61,529 bases of DNA. It comes from a virus. Lineage: Duplodnaviria > Caudoviricetes. The notes below the pieces were generated by a model. It was not told where the DNA came from. It made no database searches and saw nothing but the letters and a program-made list of their open reading frames with translations. The position numbers and the translations under genes are program-made. Each line of letters begins with the position of its first letter. The stretch's first letter is position 1. Positions 20,340-27,981 of this stretch are shown here, one piece after another. The stretch spans positions 1 through 61,529 of the IMG/VR virus record IMGVR_UViG_3300030098_003632, one strand, 5' to 3'.

Positions 20340-21165
20340 TTTCGACAACATCCTCCATGTTAATGATTTGACCCCAGCCATCCGAGTGCCACTGATCCAT
20401 GTCATGACACCACTTAATTCTGTCGATGGTCTGGTAGTTAATTAGTCTCGCCTGTCCTATGAATGTCTCAGGTATTTCAAATACCATTGATTCAAAAGGC
20501 GGGAAGTTTCTTATAGCTACAATTAAAAATCTCTTACATTCAAACACATCGCAGTAGTGTGCAGCTTGGTATTGATAGCCGAACTTCCACAGTGCGTCTT
20601 TAATAAATTCACTTCCTAAATGCTGGCGTGTTGTCTTGAAGTCTATGATTATGTCTTCGTCTGAAAAGTCAGCGTCACACATAGCCTTACACTTCATGCC
20701 ATTTACTAGATTTGTAGCAACAACCTCGGATCTTTTTTTGGTTAGCCTTTCCATCCATGGTTTAATTGCTGGGTTGTCCCTGACGGAATCTCTCATTTGT
20801 ATGACAGCTTCCATCTCGTTAGGGCTTAGATGTATTTTGTTTTCATTTAGCTCTTGCCATCCGAGGATAAATTCTCTATGAGCCTTAAGCCTTCTGTTTA
20901 GTTTCTCTGGCTGGTGTCCACCTAGATCTATATACTCTGGCATAACTGCGATGACATCCTCGATTAGTACATCAGGGCATACAATAGCATGTAGTGCTGA
21001 GCCTATACGCATTGCATCGCTTGCTTTGGGTGGCTCTAGTTCTTTAGCTACATACTGGTGATAGTATGTCCATGCACCCTTGCTTGAGAAATCTTTTATG
21101 GCTGTCCTAGATAAGAACGGTAGCTTGAAGTAGTTGTCTTGAGATATGTCCAGTATCTTTTTCAT
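20329..21165 (-). CDS. PD-(D/E)XK exonuclease, RecE/exonuclease VIII-like (DUF3799 type)
   Basis: AMRIGSALHA; CKAMCD; IIDFKTT; YQYQAAHY; near ERF. Confidence 0.85.
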   Translation of the reverse strand: MKKILDISQDNYFKLPFLSRTAIKDFSSKGAWTYYHQYVAKELEPPKASDAMRIGSALHAIVCPDVLIEDVIAVMPEYIDLGGHQPEKLNRRLKAHREFILGWQELNENKIHLSPNEMEAVIQMRDSVRDNPAIKPWMERLTKKRSEVVATNLVNGMKCKAMCDADFSDEDIIIDFKTTRQHLGSEFIKDALWKFGYQYQAAHYCDVFECKRFLIVAIRNFPPFESMVFEIPETFIGQARLINYQTIDRIKWCHDMDQWHSDGWGQIINMEDVVENDN

Positions 21166-21175
21166 GTATGTCTCC

Positions 21176-21541
21176 TTAAAGTTTACGGTGCTTTATTATC
21201 TCCTTTATCAAAGCACCTTTGATTAACTCTATGCTCTTCTCTCCGCACATAGATACGTTTTCTTTTAGATAGTCTTCGCCTATACCTATCAAGTCGCCAA
21301 CAACTTGATAGCCTGCTTTGTCTAGCATGTTTACGATACGATCGTTCAGATCCAGCTGAGCTATAGGAGTTGTATTTAATGCAGCATTAGGCTTGTCTTG
21401 AATGCTCACTTCAGCTTCATCAATTACCTTCCTGGCGGATGGAAATCTTCCCTGAATAAGCAGGACATAAACTCTTTCTGCAAATTTCCTTGCCTCAGTC
21501 TCGTTGAGCGACAGGTTTGTTTGTTTCCTGCTCCTCGTCAT
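21176..21541 (-). CDS. Stand-alone RNA polymerase alpha-subunit CTD-like protein
   Basis: PIAQLDLNDRIVNMLDKAGYQVVGDL...CGEKSIELIKGAL aligns with the alpha-CTD consensus PIxELELSVRSxNCLKxAGIxxIGDL...GxKSLxEIK. Start 21541 (ATG) or 21547 (GTG). Confidence 0.75.
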   Translation of the reverse strand: MTRSRKQTNLSLNETEARKFAERVYVLLIQGRFPSARKVIDEAEVSIQDKPNAALNTTPIAQLDLNDRIVNMLDKAGYQVVGDLIGIGEDYLKENVSMCGEKSIELIKGALIKEIIKHRKL

Positions 21542-21677
21542 GTTCACCTCTTGAGATTATCATGTCATCTGGAGCCTCGATACCCAGCTTTACACGGCCA
21601 TTCACTCCTAATATACGGACTACTACATCCTCGCCGATCTTTATAGATTGTTCTTGGCTTCTAGTTAGAACTAACAT
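21495..21677 (-). CDS. csrA: Carbon storage regulator CsrA/RsmA homologue
   Basis: MLVLTR...SIKIGEDVVVRILGV..RVKLGIEAPDDMIISRGE is the canonical CsrA signature, with the Arg44-equivalent retained. Confidence 0.93.
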   Translation of the reverse strand: MLVLTRSQEQSIKIGEDVVVRILGVNGRVKLGIEAPDDMIISRGEHDEEQETNKPVAQRD

Positions 21678-21880
21678 TATTCCCTCCTTGGTCTTCCTGC
21701 TGGTCTTGGTTGGTTTGCAAACTTTTCAAAGCTACTACTGTCAACGAGCCATATACTCCCATCCATTTTCATAGCTTCTATTCGTCCATCTCTTATTAGC
21801 TGTCGAATTCTTGAAGTAGATACGCCAAGTATCTTGGCTGCTCTTTTGGTAGTTATTAGTGTGTTTATTTGCTCTTTCAT
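21677..21880 (-). CDS. Excisionase-like helix-turn-helix DNA-binding protein with AT-hook-like tail
   Basis: LITTKRAAKILGVSTSRIRQLIRDGRIEA..W; C-terminal RPAGRPRR. Confidence 0.85.
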   Translation of the reverse strand: MKEQINTLITTKRAAKILGVSTSRIRQLIRDGRIEAMKMDGSIWLVDSSSFEKFANQPRPAGRPRRE

Positions 21881-21888
21881 AGTGTATA

Positions 21889-21916
21889 ATTATGACGTAA
21901 ACGGAACATTTGTCAA
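21889..21916 (-). promoter_or_regulatory. Sigma70-like promoter for the leftward HTH-csrA operon (probably leaderless)
   Basis: TTGACA-16 nt-CATAAT on the minus strand, 8 nt before ATG 21880; no SD. Confidence 0.6.
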
Positions 21917-21934
21917 CTAAAAAGGCTGCATAAT

Positions 21935-22129
21935 ATGCCATTAGGTAAGAGAAAGAATGACAAGACTACTAGCAGTAGACTTGCTGACCGTAGAGACTAT
22001 AAAATAAATAAGATACAGGCTTCTACTGAGAAGGCCAAAGCTGTAGCCTCTAAAAGAAAATGGTTGGTGATATTGTTAGTCGTTGGTTTAGCGGTATTTA
22101 TATTCGTCAAATCGAAAGGAATCTTCTAA
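21935..22129 (+). CDS. Small basic membrane protein
   Basis: Lys/Arg-rich N-terminus plus one C-terminal hydrophobic helix. Confidence 0.6.
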   Translation: MPLGKRKNDKTTSSRLADRRDYKINKIQASTEKAKAVASKRKWLVILLVVGLAVFIFVKSKGIF

Positions 22130-22314
22130 TGAAGAAGTGGTATCAAAGTAAAACTATCTGGTTTAACGTAGGCACAATGGCTGTGTCTGGGCTTACTGCC
22201 CTGGCTGGCAGTGCTTACATAGAAGAAAACCCTATAGCTGCAGCATTGGTTACATGTGCTATTGCTATAGTCAATGTTTATCTTCGCAAGATTACTGAAG
22301 AAGGTATTGAGTAG
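22129..22314 (+). CDS. Holin-like two-TM protein
   Basis: Start at a TAATG overlap; MKKWYQSKTIWFN followed by two hydrophobic helices and LRKIT. Confidence 0.6.
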   Translation: MKKWYQSKTIWFNVGTMAVSGLTALAGSAYIEENPIAAALVTCAIAIVNVYLRKITEEGIE

Positions 22315-23015
22315 TGGTAATAAAAAAAATATGTTCCTCTATTGCAGAGCCAGTGTCTTCTCCGATTGATGGGGTTGTTGCTGCAGCCGGCGGTGGTGGT
22401 GGTTCTACACTAACAATCGACCTTGCTACCAGCGATGCAAGCCCAAGCGCCAATTATGACACTGGTCAATTCACAAAGTTGTACACTTACAGTTCTTCTA
22501 TTCCAACAACCTTCGATAGTTACATTCAAAGGGGTTATGATAACCGTTCGATTGGAATTACGGTTTACTCACAGAATAGTTTCTATCATCCGTATTTTCG
22601 ATTCGTGAATGTGGGAGTCCCGCAAGGGTCAACTATAAGCAGTGCATATTTGATACTTGAAGTCCCTGCATCTCCTGCTGGTTACCCAGCATCAGACGGA
22701 GACACCTTCAGAATTGCTGGTTATGCTTCAGATGATGTATCACAGCCATCGACAGGTTCGGATGGTGCGATGAGTTTACACACATCAGCTAATGTAGATG
22801 GCTGGCAACTTCCCTCAGATGAGGGTATTACAACTTCTCCAGACATTAAAACGATTATTCAGGAAATCGTAGACCGTGCTGGTTGGTCTTCGGGGAACGA
22901 TATGATGTTTATGGTTTGGCAACCAACAGCACAATCATCCACTTATAAACGTTATTACAACACTGGAAAAGATTCAGATGACACAGCGCCACAGTTGCAA
23001 ATAACATACTCGTAA
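22314..23015 (+). CDS. Putative virion receptor-binding/decoration protein (DNRLRE/CBM-like)
   Basis: YFRFVNVGVPQGSTISSAYLIL and SPDIKTIIQEIVDRAGWSSGND are shared with 14012-15634; Gly5 linker. Confidence 0.6.
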   Translation: MVIKKICSSIAEPVSSPIDGVVAAAGGGGGSTLTIDLATSDASPSANYDTGQFTKLYTYSSSIPTTFDSYIQRGYDNRSIGITVYSQNSFYHPYFRFVNVGVPQGSTISSAYLILEVPASPAGYPASDGDTFRIAGYASDDVSQPSTGSDGAMSLHTSANVDGWQLPSDEGITTSPDIKTIIQEIVDRAGWSSGNDMMFMVWQPTAQSSTYKRYYNTGKDSDDTAPQLQITYS

Positions 23016-23028
23016 AAGGAATAAAAAC

Positions 23029-23355
23029 ATGGCGACGTTTAATAAAATTTTTACAAACCAAACGGCTAACGCTAGCACGGCAGCTCAAGACTGGGACGGT
23101 CGTAAGGGTCAGGTAGTAGCTAATGGTACATGGGATACATCTAACCTCCAGTTGGAAATGTCACCCGATGATGGAACAACTTGGATTTCTGTTGGAGATG
23201 AGGGGAAGCTAACTGATAGTGGTGCATTCACCTTCGATTTGAATCCGTGCAAGGTTCGTCTTACATTGGCAAGTGTTGGTAGTAGTACATCAATCAACGC
23301 TTGGATTAGTCAGGCTAATATAGGCTCTAATTATGACGGTCAAAGAAAAAGATAG
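23029..23355 (+). CDS. Small beta-rich structural protein
   Basis: LQLEMSPDDGTTW motif; AAGGA SD. Confidence 0.55.
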   Translation: MATFNKIFTNQTANASTAAQDWDGRKGQVVANGTWDTSNLQLEMSPDDGTTWISVGDEGKLTDSGAFTFDLNPCKVRLTLASVGSSTSINAWISQANIGSNYDGQRKR

Positions 23356-23366
23356 GTTCAGATTAA

Positions 23367-23618
23367 ATGAACTGGTTTACTGATAACGCACTAGGTATAT
23401 TTTCAATGGTAGGTTCAGGCATCGTCACACTATGCGGTATGGTGTGGTGGATGTCTGCTCTCTACTCTAAGGTTAACCAGATACACCAGCGAGTAGATGA
23501 ATTCGTTGGTGACTACAAGGAAGATCGCAAGAGGTTGTGGCAAGCCATTGATAGCATTGATGTTAGGCTAGACGACCACGACAAACGCATATCAATAGTA
23601 GAAACTAAGCTGGATTAG
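23367..23618 (+). CDS. Single-TM plus coiled-coil protein (possible lysis accessory)
   Basis: N-terminal TM; C-terminal RLDDHDKRISIVETKL. Confidence 0.5.
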   Translation: MNWFTDNALGIFSMVGSGIVTLCGMVWWMSALYSKVNQIHQRVDEFVGDYKEDRKRLWQAIDSIDVRLDDHDKRISIVETKLD

Positions 23619-23640
23619 AAGGTGAGAAAAAAATTTTATT

Positions 23641-23665
23641 TGGGAGCCCTTGCAAAGGGCTACCA
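23641..23665. terminator. Hairpin between convergent genes (possible bidirectional terminator)
   Basis: AGCCCTT-GCA-AAGGGCT stem flanked by A/T-rich tracts. Confidence 0.55.
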
Positions 23666-23673
23666 GAAGAAAA

Positions 23674-24453
23674 TTATTTATCACCTAATCTCCTTCGCCT
23701 GTTGTCAGTATTAGCTATCTTCTTTGTTTTCTTTTTGGCTTCATCTATTATTGTGAAGCCATCTTTTTGTCCAGCAAATCCAGGGAATCCATCAAGGCCA
23801 GCTTGATATGCTACTCTTGTATTGGTTTGATTCCATCTATGTCCATTATATCGAGTGCCTTTTTTCTGCATTCTTCTGACCGCTTCTGACCAGCTAATAC
23901 CTTCTGCATCTTTCCATTCTATTAATTCCAAAACTAATCTCCTCTCTTTATCATCCGGCACAAAGTGCGATTGCCCTTCTGATCTTATTATTTTGTAGCC
24001 AATGGGTGAGCACCCGTTCTTTGGACGACCATTGGTTACTCTTTCCTTAATGCGTTCAGACTTTATGGCACTGTCGAATTTCACCCATGTCTTGCATGAG
24101 TCGTACATTAGTTCTCCCATCTCACTCTCTAGTTCATAGCCTAGCTCTATCACATTAAAAATTATTTTTCTATCCAGGAGCTCATCAATTAATTCAACGG
24201 CCTGCTGTATACTAATGAATGCACGATCCAATGTTAGAGAAATAATAACATCTCCTGAGGCAGCCATGTCTAGCATGTCAGAACCAAGTGGACGCTCGGA
24301 CATATGCACACTGCCCCAGGGGATGTCGTCTATAAAATATTTATCTACATGTTTTCCATATACTCTTTCACACCAGGCCTCAATGGAATTTTTTTGTTCT
24401 TCCACTGAGTAACCCGGTGTGTTCGAGTCTCTTATGTAACCTAGTATTCTCAT
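23674..24453 (-). CDS. Serine recombinase (resolvase/invertase family)
   Basis: ILGYIRDS...SVEEQ; ERP; GDVIISLTLDRAF; IKSERIKE; PIGYK. Confidence 0.78.
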   Translation of the reverse strand: MRILGYIRDSNTPGYSVEEQKNSIEAWCERVYGKHVDKYFIDDIPWGSVHMSERPLGSDMLDMAASGDVIISLTLDRAFISIQQAVELIDELLDRKIIFNVIELGYELESEMGELMYDSCKTWVKFDSAIKSERIKERVTNGRPKNGCSPIGYKIIRSEGQSHFVPDDKERRLVLELIEWKDAEGISWSEAVRRMQKKGTRYNGHRWNQTNTRVAYQAGLDGFPGFAGQKDGFTIIDEAKKKTKKIANTDNRRRRLGDK

Positions 24454-24653
24454 TAGAATGGTAGTTCTTCTGGATCTAGCTCGCTTACAGGCACAGGGAT
24501 TGCCTGTGGTTCTTGAAGGGGTGCCATATATGCATCTGATTTATCAAGAAGATGGTTTGCTAAAAGCCTAGCTCCCTCTTCAGGCATCGGGCCTATGAAA
24601 GTATAGCCGTCAATCGGGTCACCTTGTATGACAATGTATTGAATTTGTTTCAT
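24453..24653 (-). CDS. Hypothetical protein
   Basis: 66-aa ORF with GAGGA SD, coupled to the recombinase by TAATG. Confidence 0.6.
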   Translation of the reverse strand: MKQIQYIVIQGDPIDGYTFIGPMPEEGARLLANHLLDKSDAYMAPLQEPQAIPVPVSELDPEELPF

Positions 24654-24676
24654 TTCTATTTCCTCATCTATAAGGG

Positions 24677-24714
24677 AACCTGCGGGAGATGCTAAGGCGT
24701 ACCTCCCGCAGGCT
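24677..24714 (-). other. Long intergenic RNA hairpin
   Basis: CCTGCGGGAG...CTCCCGCAGG stem, extended by G-U pairs on the minus strand; no U-tract. Confidence 0.6.
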
Positions 24715-24780
24715 TAGGACATTAAAGGCTAGTGTTACACGCCACCGCTAGCTGGGCGACCACGTTATGTGGTTGACATT

Positions 24781-25173
24781 CTAGAAGGGTGCTTCATCCA
24801 GAAGTCCCTGTGGTTCTTCTACCACCGGGCCAGGTGCAGCTTTCTGCATTTCTGCTTGTGCACCTCGACCAAACCCTTGGATAAGATTGCCTATCACCTT
24901 AACTTTAGATCGCTTCTGTCCGTCAGTTTCCCAACGCTCCTGCTTAAGCTCTCCTTCTACAAGGCAAGGACTACCTTTCTGCAGGTAGTCCCGTGCAAAT
25001 TTAGCACTCTGTTCCCATAGTGTTACGTCAATAAAGCTAACTTCATTGTCTTTACCGAAGTTTCTATTGACTGCTAGTACAATATCAGCAACAGTTTTTC
25101 CGGTGGTAGTTTCTCTAACTTCAGGATCTCTACATAGATTTCCTACTAAAGTTACACGATTATATTTAGCCAT
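24781..25173 (-). CDS. ssb: Single-stranded DNA-binding protein
   Basis: NRVTLVGNLCRDPEVR; YLQKGSPCLVEGEL; acidic C-terminus ending EAPF. Confidence 0.95.
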   Translation of the reverse strand: MAKYNRVTLVGNLCRDPEVRETTTGKTVADIVLAVNRNFGKDNEVSFIDVTLWEQSAKFARDYLQKGSPCLVEGELKQERWETDGQKRSKVKVIGNLIQGFGRGAQAEMQKAAPGPVVEEPQGLLDEAPF

Positions 25174-25183
25174 GTTAGTCTCC

Positions 25184-26857
25184 TTATTTTATGACTATAG
25201 TGTGAATCCAATCTGGGACTGGATAGTAATCTCTAAGTTCTCTGGTTAGTACGGCTATTACAGGCATATCCATACTGTCTTCAGGCCAAGGTGTTTCCCC
25301 ATCCGTGAAGGCGAGTATTACATCGGGCTTGGATTGACGTTGTTCAAGTGATTCTGTAATCATTAAGCCAACGTCAGTTCCTCCTCCCCCTTTGACCTCT
25401 ATTTCATTAAAGCTCTTGGAAAGTTTTGTTGAGTGCTTAAACTCAGTATCTCCCATATATAAATCTAATTTTGTCCTTGAGTCGAAGTGATTAAATATAT
25501 TTTTAATCGCCCCTTTACATTTGGCAAAGTCTTCATCATCCATAGAGGCAGATGTATCTAGACATATTAATATGTCTGGCTTATAGCCTTCTCTTGATGG
25601 GAGCTTTATACCTGTAACGTCCGATCTTCTGTTGAATCTCCTGTATGTTCTTCTGTTTCCGTTAGAAGAACGTTCAGCAAATCTTTTGACAACTCTAAGA
25701 ATCTTTTGGTAAGGATCAGTCCTTACCGGCACGATTGTTTCTGCCCAACTAACCATATCTCCCCCGACATTGCTTCGGTTCTTATGGATTTGTTTGGCAA
25801 GATCTTCAATTACATAATCAATCTGATCTTGATTTAAGCCCAGGCCACCCTCGTCTGGGTCGGGTAGCACTGAGCTTAGATCTATTTGTATACTTCCTGC
25901 TCCGGGTTTTCCTGGATTGGGCCCATCCCACCGGAGTTCTCCATATTCATTGATGCTAATTGATTCGTCATCTGAAAGTGCATCTGTCGAAGGTGCTCGT
26001 CCATCGTCCTCATCGCTGCTTCTGTCCCGCTGTTGATCGACATTATCTGCATCGTTATTGTGTCCACTGCTCCCTTCAGTTGGTTCAGTTCCGCTTGAAG
26101 ATTCTGGACTATCTCCGTAGTGTTCATCAAGTTGGTCACTGTTGTCCTCAGTTCCCCCACTTTCTCCGCTAAATCCGATTCCAGATTCTCGAATCGCTCC
26201 CTCGTTGGCTTGTTGATTATTGCTCGTGGCATCGTCATTCTCCTTTAACCTTCTATAGTTTAGTTCTACTGGTAGATTCTTCTCGACTATGTGGATGAAC
26301 TCTTCGTCCCACCACTTCAAGTAGTCTGTAGTTATTACTACGCGACTCTTGTCGCTGTAGCTATATATCCTATCGGGACTTACTACAGGTAGTTCCCTTG
26401 CAAGTATGTCATTAACACATAAGTCTGCAGCTATATTCCATAGGTGCATTTGCTTTCGTGTTACTTCTTTACCTACTTCTTTCTCTAATCTTCTGTGATG
26501 GTTGTTGGTTAGGTGCAATAGCTCATGTAATATCACACCAGCTATCATCTCTTCCTTGTTGTCCTTTACAAACTTAGGATCGTAGGCCAACCTCCAATGC
26601 TTATCAACTCCCATTGTTCCTAAGCCATGTACTGGCACAGGTTTCATGGAAAAGATTGCATTCCTACTAAACTTCCAATGTCGTGCAGCTCTTAGCATTG
26701 CTTTACGCAAACTGTTGTCTTCACGGAATGTTATTCTACTGCCTGGCACTCTGCTTTTCAATGAGTTAGTCATGATAATATCCCTTAAAGTCCCTATTAT
26801 TTCCCTTTCGGGGTGCATAGACACACTCCATGCACCCCTCAGGGTACCGTTAGTCAT
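25184..26857 (-). CDS. HExxH metallopeptidase-like plus vWA protein (DUF2201 type), partner of MoxR
   Basis: ILHELLH, WNIAADLCVN; acidic linker; MIDAS motifs DTSASM, GGGTD, FTDG. Confidence 0.88.
   Translation of the reverse strand: MTNGTLRGAWSVSMHPEREIIGTLRDIIMTNSLKSRVPGSRITFREDNSLRKAMLRAARHWKFSRNAIFSMKPVPVHGLGTMGVDKHWRLAYDPKFVKDNKEEMIAGVILHELLHLTNNHHRRLEKEVGKEVTRKQMHLWNIAADLCVNDILARELPVVSPDRIYSYSDKSRVVITTDYLKWWDEEFIHIVEKNLPVELNYRRLKENDDATSNNQQANEGAIRESGIGFSGESGGTEDNSDQLDEHYGDSPESSSGTEPTEGSSGHNNDADNVDQQRDRSSDEDDGRAPSTDALSDDESISINEYGELRWDGPNPGKPGAGSIQIDLSSVLPDPDEGGLGLNQDQIDYVIEDLAKQIHKNRSNVGGDMVSWAETIVPVRTDPYQKILRVVKRFAERSSNGNRRTYRRFNRRSDVTGIKLPSREGYKPDILICLDTSASMDDEDFAKCKGAIKNIFNHFDSRTKLDLYMGDTEFKHSTKLSKSFNEIEVKGGGGTDVGLMITESLEQRQSKPDVILAFTDGETPWPEDSMDMPVIAVLTRELRDYYPVPDWIHTIVIK
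25882..26232 (-). CDS. Overprinted coiled-coil protein nested out of frame in the vWA gene
   Basis: AAGGAG 7 nt before ATG 26232; 116 codons with heptad pattern; coincides with the acidic linker of the host gene. Confidence 0.55.
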   Translation of the reverse strand: MPRAIINKPTRERFENLESDLAEKVGELRTTVTNLMNTTEIVQNLQAELNQLKGAVDTITMQIMSINSGTEAAMRTMDEHLRQMHFQMTNQLASMNMENSGGMGPIQENPEQEVYK

Positions 26858-27971
26858 TCAATCTAGATTCTTCCATCTCCCTAAGCTCTTGGTTAGCTTC
26901 AGGTACATACCCATCTGGCTTCATGTCCCATAGTTTAGCTTCAAGATTCCTTGCTAGGTCTGGGTATGTTCTGTAAACATTCCCCAAGAACTTTCTACCT
27001 GCCTCCCAACGTTCTTCCGTCAGGTTGTCACGCACTCTTCTGAGTACAGACTTGGCATAACTCATAGCTATTGGGAATTCCTCGGGTATTTCTACCTCTT
27101 GGGGATCCTTAAGGAGATCTTCTGGGTCAACAAAGTTCGTAACTTTAAGGAACTCATTGAACTCTGATCCAACATGTTCCCCTACGAATCCTTGTATTAT
27201 TCTAAGGGTAACTTCAGGTGAGGCTCCAACTGAGATTGCACCCCCAAGGGCATAAGATAAGTTAGTCCATGACCTTGGTGTAGGGAATGGATTACCTTTG
27301 GTATCCTCATCGTTCTCCATGCAGGCATACTCCTCCTTGGCGTATGTACTTTTGCCAAAGAGAAAGTCTACTATCTTCTTTGCGAAGAGTGGGGTAGACT
27401 CATGCCAGTCGTCCGGAACAACAGGTACTTCTGGTGCAGGGAAGTCAAACCCTCCTGATTCCATACCCTCTATCCATTTCTTGGTGTCCATCTTCCAGTC
27501 AACAATGCACATCCTATTAATCATAGGTTCTGCCAATGGATTTCCATTAGTGGCTTGATCCATCCTGTTACCTGCTGCAAACACCCAGCAATTTTCAGGT
27601 GGGTTATCCATCCATGTAAGTGCAGCTGCTTGGGTAGCCTCATTTACTGAGGTGAATTCATCAATTAACATGATTGAATTCTGCAGTCTGGCACGCACCA
27701 TTTCCTCCAGCTCAACCATCTTAATGACTTGGTGCACGTTACCTTTGATAACGATGTCCCTTTTGTCAGGATAACCTCCAACGTCTTCTGGTTGTCTGGC
27801 TGGTAAGGGTGTCCTAATCCAACGCCGTTCCCTAGCTTTCGCCAGGGTCTCTAAAGTTTTTGTTTTTCCTACTCCAGCTGGGCCGTATGCCATCGTTGGT
27901 ATGCCTACCTGGGGAGGAATTAAATATTCCCAGTTGATTTGGGATTCTCTTCTGGAATGATGCTTTGTCAT
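26850..27971 (-). CDS. MoxR-type AAA+ ATPase
   Basis: GPAGVGKT, IDEF, AAGN, NRM, PTPRSW; directly upstream of the vWA gene. Confidence 0.9.
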   Translation of the reverse strand: MTKHHSRRESQINWEYLIPPQVGIPTMAYGPAGVGKTKTLETLAKARERRWIRTPLPARQPEDVGGYPDKRDIVIKGNVHQVIKMVELEEMVRARLQNSIMLIDEFTSVNEATQAAALTWMDNPPENCWVFAAGNRMDQATNGNPLAEPMINRMCIVDWKMDTKKWIEGMESGGFDFPAPEVPVVPDDWHESTPLFAKKIVDFLFGKSTYAKEEYACMENDEDTKGNPFPTPRSWTNLSYALGGAISVGASPEVTLRIIQGFVGEHVGSEFNEFLKVTNFVDPEDLLKDPQEVEIPEEFPIAMSYAKSVLRRVRDNLTEERWEAGRKFLGNVYRTYPDLARNLEAKLWDMKPDGYVPEANQELREMEESRLND

Positions 27972-27981
27972 TTTATTTCTC

